Shown: positions 16,872 to 25,920 of the stretch, in pieces
Numbering within the stretch: the first letter of the stretch is position 1
How the letters are laid out: each line of letters begins with the position of its first letter
Origin: a virus
Lineage: Duplodnaviria > Caudoviricetes
DNA: 41,653 nt
IMG/VR virus record: IMGVR_UViG_3300048578_000191
Span: 1-41,653 of that record
Reading direction: 5' to 3' (one strand)
Program-made: the position numbers and the translations under genes
Notes under the pieces: model-generated
Database searches by the model: none
What the model was told of the DNA's origin: nothing
Seen by the model: the letters and a program-made list of their open reading frames with translations, nothing else

Positions 16872-16962
16872 CAGAGGATCCGAACCGGAGGTTCGGCTGC
16901 CTCCCACTTGATGCCTCGATGGCTGGATGGCTTGATGCCTTCTGCCTCGGTGCCTTCCGCGC

Positions 16963-19065
16963 TCAGGGATACCGAACCGGAGCCACGCGCACGCGGACCT
17001 GGGGCACGGCCAGCTCGCGGCCGGGTCCGACGCCGGGGGCACCGGTGCGCTGGCGACCGAATCGGTCGTACTCCAGGCCGGAGGGACCGAAGCCGGCGGG
17101 GAGGGCGACGCCCGTGAGCTGGATGCCGGTGCCGTTGATCTGCGTCGGCACGCCCGCCAGGTCGATCGGGGCTCCGGCGCTGGACCATCCGGCGGCAAAG
17201 CCGCCGGTGTCGGCGCGCTTGACGTTCGAAAAAGCACATCCGGCCGTGCCGCCGGCGGCGGTGCGTGCGTCCGCGTTGGGGAGGTTGAGGTAAAAGATGT
17301 CGCTCCCCGCGCCCTCGAAGATGGTGTTGAACGCGGCGCACGTGAGCGACTGTCCGCCCTCGGGGCTGTCGCGGTCGATCATGAGCCCCTGGCTGGCCTT
17401 GCCGGCGAACCGGATATGGCAGTTGATCAGGTCGTACGAGTGCGGGCTCGAGTTTGGGGCATTGAGGAACGCGAAGTTGCTGGCGCTGGTGATGCCGCTG
17501 GCGTCGACGTCGTAGACGCAGTTGATGGCCGCGCCGAAGGCGGGCAGGATGGAGTAGGCCCCCTGGGCGTTGATGGTCTGCGTGCCCAGGCGGTAGAGCC
17601 CGTTGACGCGGACGTAGCCCACACCGAACGGATCGAAGAGACCGACGGAGGTGGGCATGCGTCCCAGCGTGCGATCACCCACGATGAACCCGCGGTAGCG
17701 TCCCCACTCGCGGCGGTCGGTGTGCGACAGTTGCGTCACATCGCCGATGTTCGACGGGCCGGCGAGCTTGTTGGTGGGCGGGTCGCCGTAGACGTTGCCG
17801 ACGTACAGGGCCAGGGCGACCTTGTTGGTGCCGTTGGTGTGCGCATACAGGCCGATGCCGTAGCCGGTCTCGGCGGTGTACGCGTCGGTGGTGAGCGCCC
17901 CGTGGGTGACCTCGTTGTAGGCAAAGACCGCCTCCTGGCCGCCGTCGCCGTTGTAGGCGACGGCCATCGTGGAGCCCGACGAGTGGTGGATGCCCAGCCC
18001 GAAGCGGCACCCGTAGAGCACGTAGATCCCGCCGGCCTTGGTCCCGTCGGCGGCTGCGCCGGTGTAGCTCCCGACCAGGTGGTGGGCCGACCACCAGATC
18101 CCGCAGCGGTACACGGTGTGCTGATTGGAGCCGCTCACGGTGGAGTGGATCCCGTAGAGCTGGCTGTTGTCCGTCGTCATCCCCCAGCCGGTGACGTTGA
18201 CGTCGCGGACCAGCAGGTCGTCGTAGTCCTGCAGGTCGATGCCCTTGGTGGTGGAGACGCACGGCTCCACGCGGGCCAGCTCGCCCGAGCCCCCGGTCCC
18301 CGGGTTGATGTAGAGCACGTTCCCCTCCCAGAACCAGGAGCGGACCGTGGACGCGTTCAGGGCCGTGAGCTTGGCGGTCAGGTTCGCGCCGGTGAAGACG
18401 CGGCGGTACGGCGTGGCCAGCAGGCTGTCCAGGTTCGAGGCGTCACCACCGCGGACCCAGTAGACCGTGTCAGTCTCGGCGCGGCTGTAGACGCTGCTGA
18501 AGGCGTCGGCCCGGGCCGTGGAGTCGCTCCAGCCCGAGGCGCCGTACGGCGCCTTGAAGCCGGTGATCTCCGGGGCGCGGTCGCCCTGGTTGGCCGCGGC
18601 CGGCGCGTAGGAGCCGATGGTGACCGCGGGCTTGGCGATCGCCAGCCCGGTCTTGAGGCTCGAGGTCACCCGCCAGATGTCGCCGCGGCGGAAGCGGTAC
18701 TCGACGTCGCCGCCGGTGGCGGTGGCGGTGATGAAGTCGTTGATGTCCTTCGGGGTCGCGCACAGCCGCGGGGTCGACGTGGAGAGTCCGTCGGCGCTGT
18801 TGTTCGACCCTTGCGCGATGTAGTACACGCTCGTGCGCGTGCGCTCGAGGGAGTACTTAAGCCGCAGTTCCGGATGGCCGTACGCCCACCCGAGGAATCC
18901 CAGCTGCGGCACGGGCGGGATGGAGTTGTGCGGCGGCGGAAGGCTGTCGAAGGGCGTGGAGGCCCGGGCCGCGGGCTGGATCAGTACGGAGAGCAGGGCC
19001 GACAGCAGGGTGGCGAGAGACAGCAGCGGCGCGGAGCGGCGTCGGTGGAGCATGGCGTTCCTCAC
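16963..19065 (-). CDS. Signal-peptide-bearing right-handed beta-helix (pectin-lyase-like) protein
   Basis: N-terminal RRR-hydrophobic-ARA signal; YYIAQGSNNSADGLS..TP and FRRGDIW starts typical of beta-helix proteins; C-terminal D.FG..R...GVG motif. Confidence 0.7.
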   Translation of the reverse strand: MRNAMLHRRRSAPLLSLATLLSALLSVLIQPAARASTPFDSLPPPHNSIPPVPQLGFLGWAYGHPELRLKYSLERTRTSVYYIAQGSNNSADGLSTSTPRLCATPKDINDFITATATGGDVEYRFRRGDIWRVTSSLKTGLAIAKPAVTIGSYAPAAANQGDRAPEITGFKAPYGASGWSDSTARADAFSSVYSRAETDTVYWVRGGDASNLDSLLATPYRRVFTGANLTAKLTALNASTVRSWFWEGNVLYINPGTGGSGELARVEPCVSTTKGIDLQDYDDLLVRDVNVTGWGMTTDNSQLYGIHSTVSGSNQHTVYRCGIWWSAHHLVGSYTGAAADGTKAGGIYVLYGCRFGLGIHHSSGSTMAVAYNGDGGQEAVFAYNEVTHGALTTDAYTAETGYGIGLYAHTNGTNKVALALYVGNVYGDPPTNKLAGPSNIGDVTQLSHTDRREWGRYRGFIVGDRTLGRMPTSVGLFDPFGVGYVRVNGLYRLGTQTINAQGAYSILPAFGAAINCVYDVDASGITSASNFAFLNAPNSSPHSYDLINCHIRFAGKASQGLMIDRDSPEGGQSLTCAAFNTIFEGAGSDIFYLNLPNADARTAAGGTAGCAFSNVKRADTGGFAAGWSSAGAPIDLAGVPTQINGTGIQLTGVALPAGFGPSGLEYDRFGRQRTGAPGVGPGRELAVPQVRVRVAPVRYP

Positions 19066-19077
19066 GGGTGAAAAAAA

Positions 19078-19108
19078 GGGGGCAGGGGCTAGGGGTCGGG
19101 GGACAGGG
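19078..19108. repeat. G-tract heptamer array
   Basis: gggggca ggggcta ggggtcg ggggaca ggg. Confidence 0.8.
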
Positions 19109-19126
19109 TGCGGGCCGATCGGCCGA

Positions 19127-19357
19127 TCAGCGGCGGGTGGCGACTTCGCGCTCGAGGGAGCGGATGCGGGCCTCGTGGTCCCCGACCATGAGCATCTGCT
19201 GCTTGATGAGGGCCACGTCCCGCCAGGTCATGAGCTGCGCCGAGAGGATCGCCAGCAGCACGGAGCCGATGACGGTGGACATGACTTTCTCACGCACCCC
19301 GTAGCTCACGCTGATGGTCCGCTGTTGCCCCTGGTCGCGGCGCGAGTTGATGGTCAC
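19127..19357 (-). CDS. Small single-TM protein with coiled coil (putative lysis-related)
   Basis: VIGSVLLAILSA TM, then HEARIRSLE; coupled to the upstream gene. Confidence 0.6.
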   Translation of the reverse strand: MTINSRRDQGQQRTISVSYGVREKVMSTVIGSVLLAILSAQLMTWRDVALIKQQMLMVGDHEARIRSLEREVATRR

Positions 19358-19578
19358 GCGTCGTCCCCCCCGTTGCCGCTGTTGCCATCGTTGAGCTTGC
19401 GGTCAGAGGCCTTGGACCAGTACAGGGAGGCGGCCAGCGCCAGTAGGGCGGTGATCGCCAGGACCCATTCGGAGATCTGCGCCTCGGAGGCCTTGATGAG
19501 TCCGGAGCCCACCAACAGCATGAGGATCGCGCGGAGCGCCGACTCGATGACGGCTCGATGTTCGGGCGTCAGGTTCAT
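19354..19578 (-). CDS. Putative holin (2 TM segments)
   Basis: 74 aa, two hydrophobic helices, charged C-terminus. Confidence 0.6.
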   Translation of the reverse strand: MNLTPEHRAVIESALRAILMLLVGSGLIKASEAQISEWVLAITALLALAASLYWSKASDRKLNDGNSGNGGDDA

Positions 19579-19587
19579 GGATGCCTC

Positions 19588-19712
19588 GGGGTAGGGGGTT
19601 AGGGGCTAGGGGTCGGGGGTCAGGGCAGAGCGCGGACCAGAGCGCGAGATCGGCGGTCCGGGTCTTCCTGACCCCTGACCTCTGGCCCCTGATCCCTGTC
19701 CCCTGTCCCCTG
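19588..19712. repeat. Head-to-head pair of G-tract and C-tract arrays
   Basis: G array at 19588-19625 and C array at 19668-19712 are partly complementary (ggggtcagg / cctgacccc). Confidence 0.75.
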
Positions 19713-19717
19713 CTCGG

Positions 19718-20089
19718 TCACAACGCTCCGATTCCGGCGACCAGCAGGCGGTCGAAGACGGCCCAGGCGTACCGGCGTGTGGTCGTCGCGGCGTTGAACG
19801 CCTTGGCCTCGGCGATGAGCTCGATGGTGTTCATGGCGCTGCGCATGGTGCGCCGCACGTGCGGCGAGACGTCCGAGCCGGGCCCGCGGTCCAGGAGCGT
19901 CGCCTGTCCGTAGACCACCTGCCGGAGCGCATCGCGCAGCGAGGATCGCTGCAGCGGCGTGAGCGATCGCTCCGCCTCCAGCTCCTTCATGAGGTCCTCG
20001 AACGCCAGGTCGAGCAGCTCGTCGGAACTGACCGCGGGTGTGGGGCTGGCGTTGGCGGTCGGCTCGGGGGTTGTGGTGGTCTGCGTCAA
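19718..20089 (-). CDS. Hypothetical helical protein
   Basis: TTG start coupled to the lipoprotein stop. Confidence 0.6.
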   Translation of the reverse strand: MTQTTTTPEPTANASPTPAVSSDELLDLAFEDLMKELEAERSLTPLQRSSLRDALRQVVYGQATLLDRGPGSDVSPHVRRTMRSAMNTIELIAEAKAFNAATTTRRYAWAVFDRLLVAGIGAL

Positions 20090-20358
20090 GGCTGCGCCCT
20101 CTCGGCTTTGGCGGCCGCGACGGCGTCGCGGAACGCGGCGATCTCGCCCAGGTGGATCGAGCGGGAGGCGGGGTCAAGCGTCTGGTCGGCCTCGAGGTAT
20201 TCCTCGAGCACCGGCCCGGCGGTCTGGTTGGCGAACGTGTCGGCCGAACGCAGGAACGCGTCATAGGCGGGACCGGGAGCCGAGCACGCGGTACACGCGG
20301 CCACGGCACAGAGGCCCGCGGTCAGCAGGAGAGCCGTCGAGCGTCGAGAGCGTCGCAT
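20086..20358 (-). CDS. Putative lipoprotein (spanin-like candidate)
   Basis: Basic N-region, hydrophobic core, lipobox-like VAAC; GGAGG RBS. Confidence 0.6.
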   Translation of the reverse strand: MRRSRRSTALLLTAGLCAVAACTACSAPGPAYDAFLRSADTFANQTAGPVLEEYLEADQTLDPASRSIHLGEIAAFRDAVAAAKAERAQP

Positions 20359-20392
20359 GAATGCCTCCGATGCAGAGATTGACCAAAGCCCG

Positions 20393-20437
20393 AAAAGCGC
20401 CGCCGGGCGGCTGGCACGAGGCCAAACCGCCCGGCGG
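20393..20437 (-). terminator. Probable intrinsic terminator downstream of the capsid gene
   Basis: ccgccgggcgg / ccgcccggcgg 11-bp stem followed by a short T-tract on the minus strand. Confidence 0.55.
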
Positions 20438-20458
20438 GAACGCGGGGCGAGGGAAAAA

Positions 20459-20489
20459 GGGATCGGGGGTCAGGGGTTAGGGGTCAGGG
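20459..20489. repeat. G-tract heptamer array
   Basis: gggatcg ggggtca ggggtta ggggtca ggg. Confidence 0.8.
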
Positions 20490-20508
20490 CAGAGCCCTAC
20501 CCAAGCTA

Positions 20509-20536
20509 GTGGCACAGGCATGCTGCCTGTGCCTAC
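20509..20536 (-). repeat. GTAG-type REP palindrome
   Basis: Minus strand reads GTAG-gcacaggc-agcat-gcctgtgc-cac. Confidence 0.75.
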
Positions 20537-20555
20537 TCCCTCTACTCCGGCTGAC

Positions 20556-21536
20556 TTACGCCAGGGCCGAGAGCAGGAACCCCGCCGTCGGCATCATGCG
20601 GTTCTCGTCCAGGTCGGCGTCGACGCGGACGACGCGGCTGTCGTTGCCTTCCGCGTACGTGAAGATGGTGAAGCGGCCGGCGAAGTTCTGGCGCTTGCAG
20701 GCCAGCGTCAGGCCCAGCCCGGGCCCGGTCATCTTGTTGGCCACCAGCGGCTTGGCCTGGCGGAAAAAGAAGCACTGATCGACCGGGGCGATGCGGGCGA
20801 GCACGGGGTTGTTGGGGTCCTGCGCCGTGTTCTGGAACCCGCCGGCCAGGTACACGTTCTTCACGCCCCAGGCCTGCGAGAGCTGGGCCTTGATCTCCTG
20901 ATCATCGCCCAGGATCGGGCGGCCCGGCTCGTACTTCAGACCCAGGGTCTCGCGGAACTCGGCGGTCATCATCGCGTTGCGGGCGGTCTTCTTGCTGAGC
21001 ACGACCGAGTCGGCCGAGGCGCCGCCGAGGTTGAGCTCGATGGCGTCGTGGGCCCGCTTGGCGTCGGCGATGGGCGTGCCGTTCAGCGGATCGTCCCACT
21101 TGTTGGTCGCGCCGTAGCCGGTGGTCGCACCCACCGGGTAGTTGGTAAGGTTGAAGACCTGGCCAAGCACGCGGACCTCGCGGCTGATGAGCCAGTTCTG
21201 CGTCACGACGATGGCCGCGGCCAGGTCCACGTCGAAGTAGTCCGACTCCTCGGAGATGTCGCGCAGATCGTTGCCCATCTCCAGCGGGTACTGCTTGCAG
21301 TCGTAGTTGACGCCCTCGAACTGCATGTCGACGCGCTGGTAGCCGCCGCCGCGGGCACGCGGGCGAACCGTGCCCGTGGTCAGGCCGGCGAGTTTGATGC
21401 GGCTGAAGCGCCCGGCGGGCGCGACGACGTCGGAGAAGGGCAGCACGCCATCGGCGACGAACTGGGCGGGGTCGGCCTCGGTGCCGGCCAAGAGGCCCGG
21501 CAGGTCCGGACGACGCGTGAGTCTGACGGTGATCAT
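20556..21536 (-). CDS. Major capsid protein (lambda gpE-like)
   Basis: About 326 aa; FVADGVLP, REVRV and KWDD..GTPIAD motifs; follows the protease and decoration genes. Confidence 0.85.
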   Translation of the reverse strand: MITVRLTRRPDLPGLLAGTEADPAQFVADGVLPFSDVVAPAGRFSRIKLAGLTTGTVRPRARGGGYQRVDMQFEGVNYDCKQYPLEMGNDLRDISEESDYFDVDLAAAIVVTQNWLISREVRVLGQVFNLTNYPVGATTGYGATNKWDDPLNGTPIADAKRAHDAIELNLGGASADSVVLSKKTARNAMMTAEFRETLGLKYEPGRPILGDDQEIKAQLSQAWGVKNVYLAGGFQNTAQDPNNPVLARIAPVDQCFFFRQAKPLVANKMTGPGLGLTLACKRQNFAGRFTIFTYAEGNDSRVVRVDADLDENRMMPTAGFLLSALA

Positions 21537-21663
21537 GGGTGATTCCTCGAAAGTGGACAACCGCGGCGCTCACGCGAGCGATCCGGGGCGGTGTGGGTGA
21601 ATGGCGGGACGACGAAGAACGACGTGGGAGGCGGGACTTCGGGGCGAGCGTCTACAGGCGCTT

Positions 21664-22020
21664 CTACAGGCGCATCACGACCCAGAAGCCCAGTTCGGCG
21701 TTCGCGCCGCCGGCGGCCGTGAGCGCCTTGCCGATGGTCGAGCCACCGCCGGCCGCGTCGGACACCTGGCCGTTGGCGGCCGGGTACACCGGGGCCCCGA
21801 TGGCGATCGCCTTGGAGGCGGACAGCTGCAGCGCCCCGGGGTAGTTGGCCGGGAAGCAGGCGACCAGGCCGCCATTGAGCACCTTCTGCGTCGTGATGCC
21901 GTCGGGAACCTCGCCCGCGGCGGTGTAGGTGACCAGCCCCGTGTTGCGGAGCGTGACCAGGCGGTTGGGTTCCAGATCCGCCCCGGCCGTGAACGTGAGA
22001 TTGGGCTGAAGTTCAGCCAT
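21664..22020 (-). CDS. Capsid decoration/cement protein (DUF2190-like)
   Basis: FTAGADL and AIAIGAPVYPAANG..IGKALTAA motifs; AAGGA RBS. Confidence 0.8.
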   Translation of the reverse strand: MAELQPNLTFTAGADLEPNRLVTLRNTGLVTYTAAGEVPDGITTQKVLNGGLVACFPANYPGALQLSASKAIAIGAPVYPAANGQVSDAAGGGSTIGKALTAAGGANAELGFWVVMRL

Positions 22021-22083
22021 GATGCGTCCTTTCCGCCGAGCGTTCCCCGCTCACGTTCGGCCAGTGGGTATGAGAGAGACAGA

Positions 22084-22112
22084 GTGACTGGTGAGTGGTG
22101 ACTGGTGAGCGA
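22084..22112. repeat. Degenerate heptamer array (GTGACTG/GTGAGTG)
   Basis: gtgactg gtgagtg gtgactg gtgagcg. Confidence 0.7.
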
Positions 22113-22137
22113 GCCTCAGCGGCCAGCGCCGACCGCC

Positions 22138-23727
22138 TTAGCGGCCAGCGCCAACGACGATCCGCTCGCAGGGCTCGATCGCGGTCTCGCGCGTCTCGGC
22201 CTCGAGCATGGCCTTGTGCAGCTGCGGATGGCGCTTGATCACGGCGCGGGTGGCCTCGGTGCGGTCCATCCGCTCATCGGCCATGACGCCGCGGACGGCG
22301 GCCTCGAAGGTCGGATACGGGGCCGCGGGCTTCCCGCTGGCGTCCTTGTCGGCGTTGTCGGCGACCGCGACGCCGGTGCCCTTGGGAAGCTTGGAGAGCT
22401 GCGCGTTCTTCTCGGCGTCCTTGGCGGTCTGGGTCTTGGCCTCCGCGAGCTTGGCCTCGAGCTTCTCGGCGTAGCGCTTGTGGCACTCGCCGATCGGGAT
22501 GTTGGCCTGGCGGCACTCCTGGATGAACGCCAGGCCGCCCTCCTTGTCCTTGAACGCGTCGAAGAGTTCCTCGAGGCTGGCGGGTGCGGGCTGGTTGCCG
22601 GCGCTGGCCGCGCCGTCCTTCTTGAGTTCCGGCATGGTGTTGCCCTTTCGTGATTCCGGCGACACGCCGGGGTTTGGTGGAGTGCTTGTGTGTGTGGACC
22701 TGCTCTCAGGCCGCGTGGATCCGGCCGCGTCTTCGCCAGCGTCGTCGCCCTCGTCGTGGCCCTCGTCGTCGCCGGCCTCCTGCGCCTGGTCATCGGCTTC
22801 AGGCTTGGGCGTGCCGTCGTCCGAGATCGGATCGGTCTGCTCGGGGGACGCCGCGGCGCCGCCATTGGACGACGATCCCAGCGGCGCTCCGGAGTCCAGC
22901 CGCGTGAGCAGCTGGTCGTACTCGATGACCTCGTCGACCAGGCCGGCGCTCACCGCATCGGCGGCGGCGAAGTCCTGGGCGTTGAGCCGGCGAACGTCCT
23001 CGGGCGTGAGCCCGCTGGTGGGCTGCATCATCCCGCAGATCATGTCGAAGTACCGCCTGGCCAGGAGGCGGTAGTTGGCCTCGCTCCGGGAGCTGATTGT
23101 GGAGCTCAGCGAGTCGGTCTTTCCCTCGGGCTCGGCGATGACGATCTCGCGATACCCGGCCATCTCCTGGGCCTTGGACGTGTCCTGCAGGGCGAAGGCC
23201 ACGCCGATCGCCCCGACCATCGCCGACGGCGTCATGTACCGGCGATCGCACATCTGCAGCATGATCGCGCCCAGGCTGAAGGCCTTGTCGTGCGCCAGGC
23301 CGATCACCGTCTTCTTGGACCGGGCGTACTTCATCGCCGCGTGGATGTCGGACAAACCAAACGACTCTCCGCCCGGGCAGTGGAAGTCGACGAGCATGAC
23401 TTTGCCGGGCTCGTCGGCCGCCTGGCGGATCGACTCGCACAGGTACTGCACCGGCGTCCCGTACCAGCTGGAGGTGAACGTGATCGGACCGCACACGTCG
23501 ATGACGGGCACGCCGCCCGCGGTGCGGTGGTAGGCGACGCACGTGCTCGTGCCCAGGCAGACCGGCTGCATCGAGCCCGACGCCGGCGTCCCGCGACGCA
23601 GAGGCCCCGCGGGAGGCAGATTGCCCGGTGCCGCTTCGCCCGCGCCACCTGCCGCACCATTGGGGCCCGCCTTGGCCGACATCAGCGCCGCGAGCAGGTC
23701 GTCCCTCTTCATCGCAAACAGCGTCAT
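22138..23727 (-). CDS. S49-family head maturation protease with C-terminal scaffold domain
   Basis: DFHCPGG, AFSLG, VGAIGV and AVSAGLVDEV motifs; acidic linker; ATGA-coupled to the portal gene. Confidence 0.88.
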   Translation of the reverse strand: MTLFAMKRDDLLAALMSAKAGPNGAAGGAGEAAPGNLPPAGPLRRGTPASGSMQPVCLGTSTCVAYHRTAGGVPVIDVCGPITFTSSWYGTPVQYLCESIRQAADEPGKVMLVDFHCPGGESFGLSDIHAAMKYARSKKTVIGLAHDKAFSLGAIMLQMCDRRYMTPSAMVGAIGVAFALQDTSKAQEMAGYREIVIAEPEGKTDSLSSTISSRSEANYRLLARRYFDMICGMMQPTSGLTPEDVRRLNAQDFAAADAVSAGLVDEVIEYDQLLTRLDSGAPLGSSSNGGAAASPEQTDPISDDGTPKPEADDQAQEAGDDEGHDEGDDAGEDAAGSTRPESRSTHTSTPPNPGVSPESRKGNTMPELKKDGAASAGNQPAPASLEELFDAFKDKEGGLAFIQECRQANIPIGECHKRYAEKLEAKLAEAKTQTAKDAEKNAQLSKLPKGTGVAVADNADKDASGKPAAPYPTFEAAVRGVMADERMDRTEATRAVIKRHPQLHKAMLEAETRETAIEPCERIVVGAGR

Positions 23728-25787
23728 GGTTCCTCGGCTTTCGCTGGCGCTGCGCCAGTGTCGGGAGCGGGGTCCGCGGGCGGTTCGGTCTGCGAAGCCG
23801 CGGTGAACGTCCGCAGCGGATCGAAGATCTTGGCCAGCGTGGCATCGTCGATCGCGGGGAACGCCGCTCGAGCCAGCGCAATGGCCGACTCCAGCGGGAG
23901 CTCCTTGGACACGACCCGATTGCACAGGTCGGCCAGCGCGGTGACCTGGGCCCCGTTGAGCGCGGTCTGCTGGATCTCCGTCGAGACCGGCGGGGCAGGC
24001 TCCGCCGATGTGGCCGCCTCCGGCGCTGGGTTGTCCGTCGTCGCCGGTGTGCTCGGTTCAGATCCGGGCTTTGCCGACTTGTCTGGCCGAGACGCGCCCG
24101 GAAGATCCGGGGGCGTGATCCCCAGCTGATCCATGCGCTCGCGCTCGATGCCGAGCTGCTCGAAGACGCCTTCCCACTCGCCGGTGCCGAGGCGCTGGAT
24201 CGCGGCGCGGTAGGTCATGACGCCGCCACGCACCGCCTCGAGCACGCTGGCCACTTCCTGCGTGAAGTCCAGGATCGGGGCCGCGGGCGGGTAGAGCTCG
24301 TAGCTGTCCCAGTCCTCCACCATCGGCAGATCGCCACGGCGGATGTGCCAGGCAAGGCGCTGGTTGATGAGGCGGCGGATGAGCGGGGTGAGCGAACCCT
24401 GCCACGACAGAAAGCCCAGCCAGGCGACGGAGACCGCCGAGCGCGCGCTGTGGAAGTTCACCTGCGTGAAGTCCAGGTGAGAGAGGCAGATCGGCAGGCC
24501 CAGATCGGCGGCCATGAGCATGAGACGCGTCGCGATGTACGCCGCGTGATTCATCGACGGGTGCTGCGGCGTCGTCTGCGTGAACTTGGTCCCGATCGGC
24601 GCGGTGAGAATCCGCCCCTGCTTCATCTCGATCTCGGCGGGCTGGCCGGGGTAGGTCGGGCTCGGCTGGCTCGAGTTGGCGGTCTCGAGCTTCTGCTGCA
24701 TCTGCGCCGGGGTCGGCGTCTCGAGGATGCCGCCGAACATGGTGGCGATGCGGGCGGCGATGTCGGTCGACCGGATGAACTCACGCAGATCCGCGGCGGC
24801 GGGCAGAATGGCCTGCACCGCGGGCTCGCCGGAGATCTGCCCCTCGGAGGCGTCCAGCGGGTTGCGGAGCAGCACGCATCCGGCGGCAGGCAGCCGCTGG
24901 GTGCGGTACTGCGCGTGGTCGAGGTACTGGCTCCAGTCGGCGACGTGGTAGGCGACGATCTCGCCGTTGCGCAGCTCGACGCCGTTGATCATGCTCCGGG
25001 TGTTGGGCCCGAAGTCAGGGTTGCGGAGCCGCTCGTTCTCGATGAGCTGCACGCGCCCGTCGTCCTGGATGTTGACCAGGACCCGGCCGCGGTAGCAGAG
25101 CGCCCCGACGCACTGGCCGAGGACCTGGTTCATCGGGCAGAGCCCGGCCAGGTCGACCGTCAGCGTCTCCATGTAGTCGCGGACCAGCTTCTCGGCGGTG
25201 GTCCGGTAGGTCTGGTCCTTGGTCTTGATCTCCCAGGCCCAGCCGTCCTGGATGAGCAGCGACGTCAGACGCTTGACCATGGCCCGGACGACCATGTCGT
25301 TGCGCTGGGCGCTGCTGGCCCGGAGGGCGAGCGTCTCGGCGGTCTGCGGGTCCAGGTGCGCGTCCGGCGCGCCGCCCTGGGTGTTCCAGCGTGTGTCGGC
25401 CCGGGTCCGCCTCGAGGCGTCGTAGTCGCCCGAGCGCGGCGTGCGATCGGCGACGATGGAGCCGGGCCCACGCCCACCCCCACCACCACCCCGGAACGCG
25501 CTCCCGGGAAAGTGGTCGCTGGGCACGCCGGCGGCCATGGTCTGCCCGGCGACGCGGGCCAGCTCGCGGATGGCTTCGGCCTTCGCGCCGGCCTCGGCCA
25601 GTGTCGCGTCGGCCTGTGCCGAGCGGAGCTTGGCCTCGGCCAGCTCGACATCGGCGCGGGCGTTGAGGCTCCGAGCCTCGGCGCGCACGCGTTCGGCCTG
25701 GGCCTCAGCTTGGGCCTGCGCGTGGGCCGCATCGGCCTGCGCCGTGGCGGGACCCCGGCCAAAGAATCGGCGCAGCGCTCCGGCCAT
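23724..25787 (-). CDS. Portal protein, lambda gpB family
   Basis: VQLIENERL, INGVEL..G.IVAYHV, QISGEP and VNFHSAR motifs; GGAG RBS. Confidence 0.9.
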   Translation of the reverse strand: MAGALRRFFGRGPATAQADAAHAQAQAEAQAERVRAEARSLNARADVELAEAKLRSAQADATLAEAGAKAEAIRELARVAGQTMAAGVPSDHFPGSAFRGGGGGGRGPGSIVADRTPRSGDYDASRRTRADTRWNTQGGAPDAHLDPQTAETLALRASSAQRNDMVVRAMVKRLTSLLIQDGWAWEIKTKDQTYRTTAEKLVRDYMETLTVDLAGLCPMNQVLGQCVGALCYRGRVLVNIQDDGRVQLIENERLRNPDFGPNTRSMINGVELRNGEIVAYHVADWSQYLDHAQYRTQRLPAAGCVLLRNPLDASEGQISGEPAVQAILPAAADLREFIRSTDIAARIATMFGGILETPTPAQMQQKLETANSSQPSPTYPGQPAEIEMKQGRILTAPIGTKFTQTTPQHPSMNHAAYIATRLMLMAADLGLPICLSHLDFTQVNFHSARSAVSVAWLGFLSWQGSLTPLIRRLINQRLAWHIRRGDLPMVEDWDSYELYPPAAPILDFTQEVASVLEAVRGGVMTYRAAIQRLGTGEWEGVFEQLGIERERMDQLGITPPDLPGASRPDKSAKPGSEPSTPATTDNPAPEAATSAEPAPPVSTEIQQTALNGAQVTALADLCNRVVSKELPLESAIALARAAFPAIDDATLAKIFDPLRTFTAASQTEPPADPAPDTGAAPAKAEEP

Positions 25788-25920
25788 CGGCTTCTCCCCG
25801 CGTGTTGCAAAGAGACACCGCGGCGACAAGCCGCAGCACCCCGTGGTCCTGATCCGCGTACGCCATCCACGCCGCGATCAAGCCCGATGATCAAGCCCCC
25901 GGTCGATCAAGCCCCGTCGA

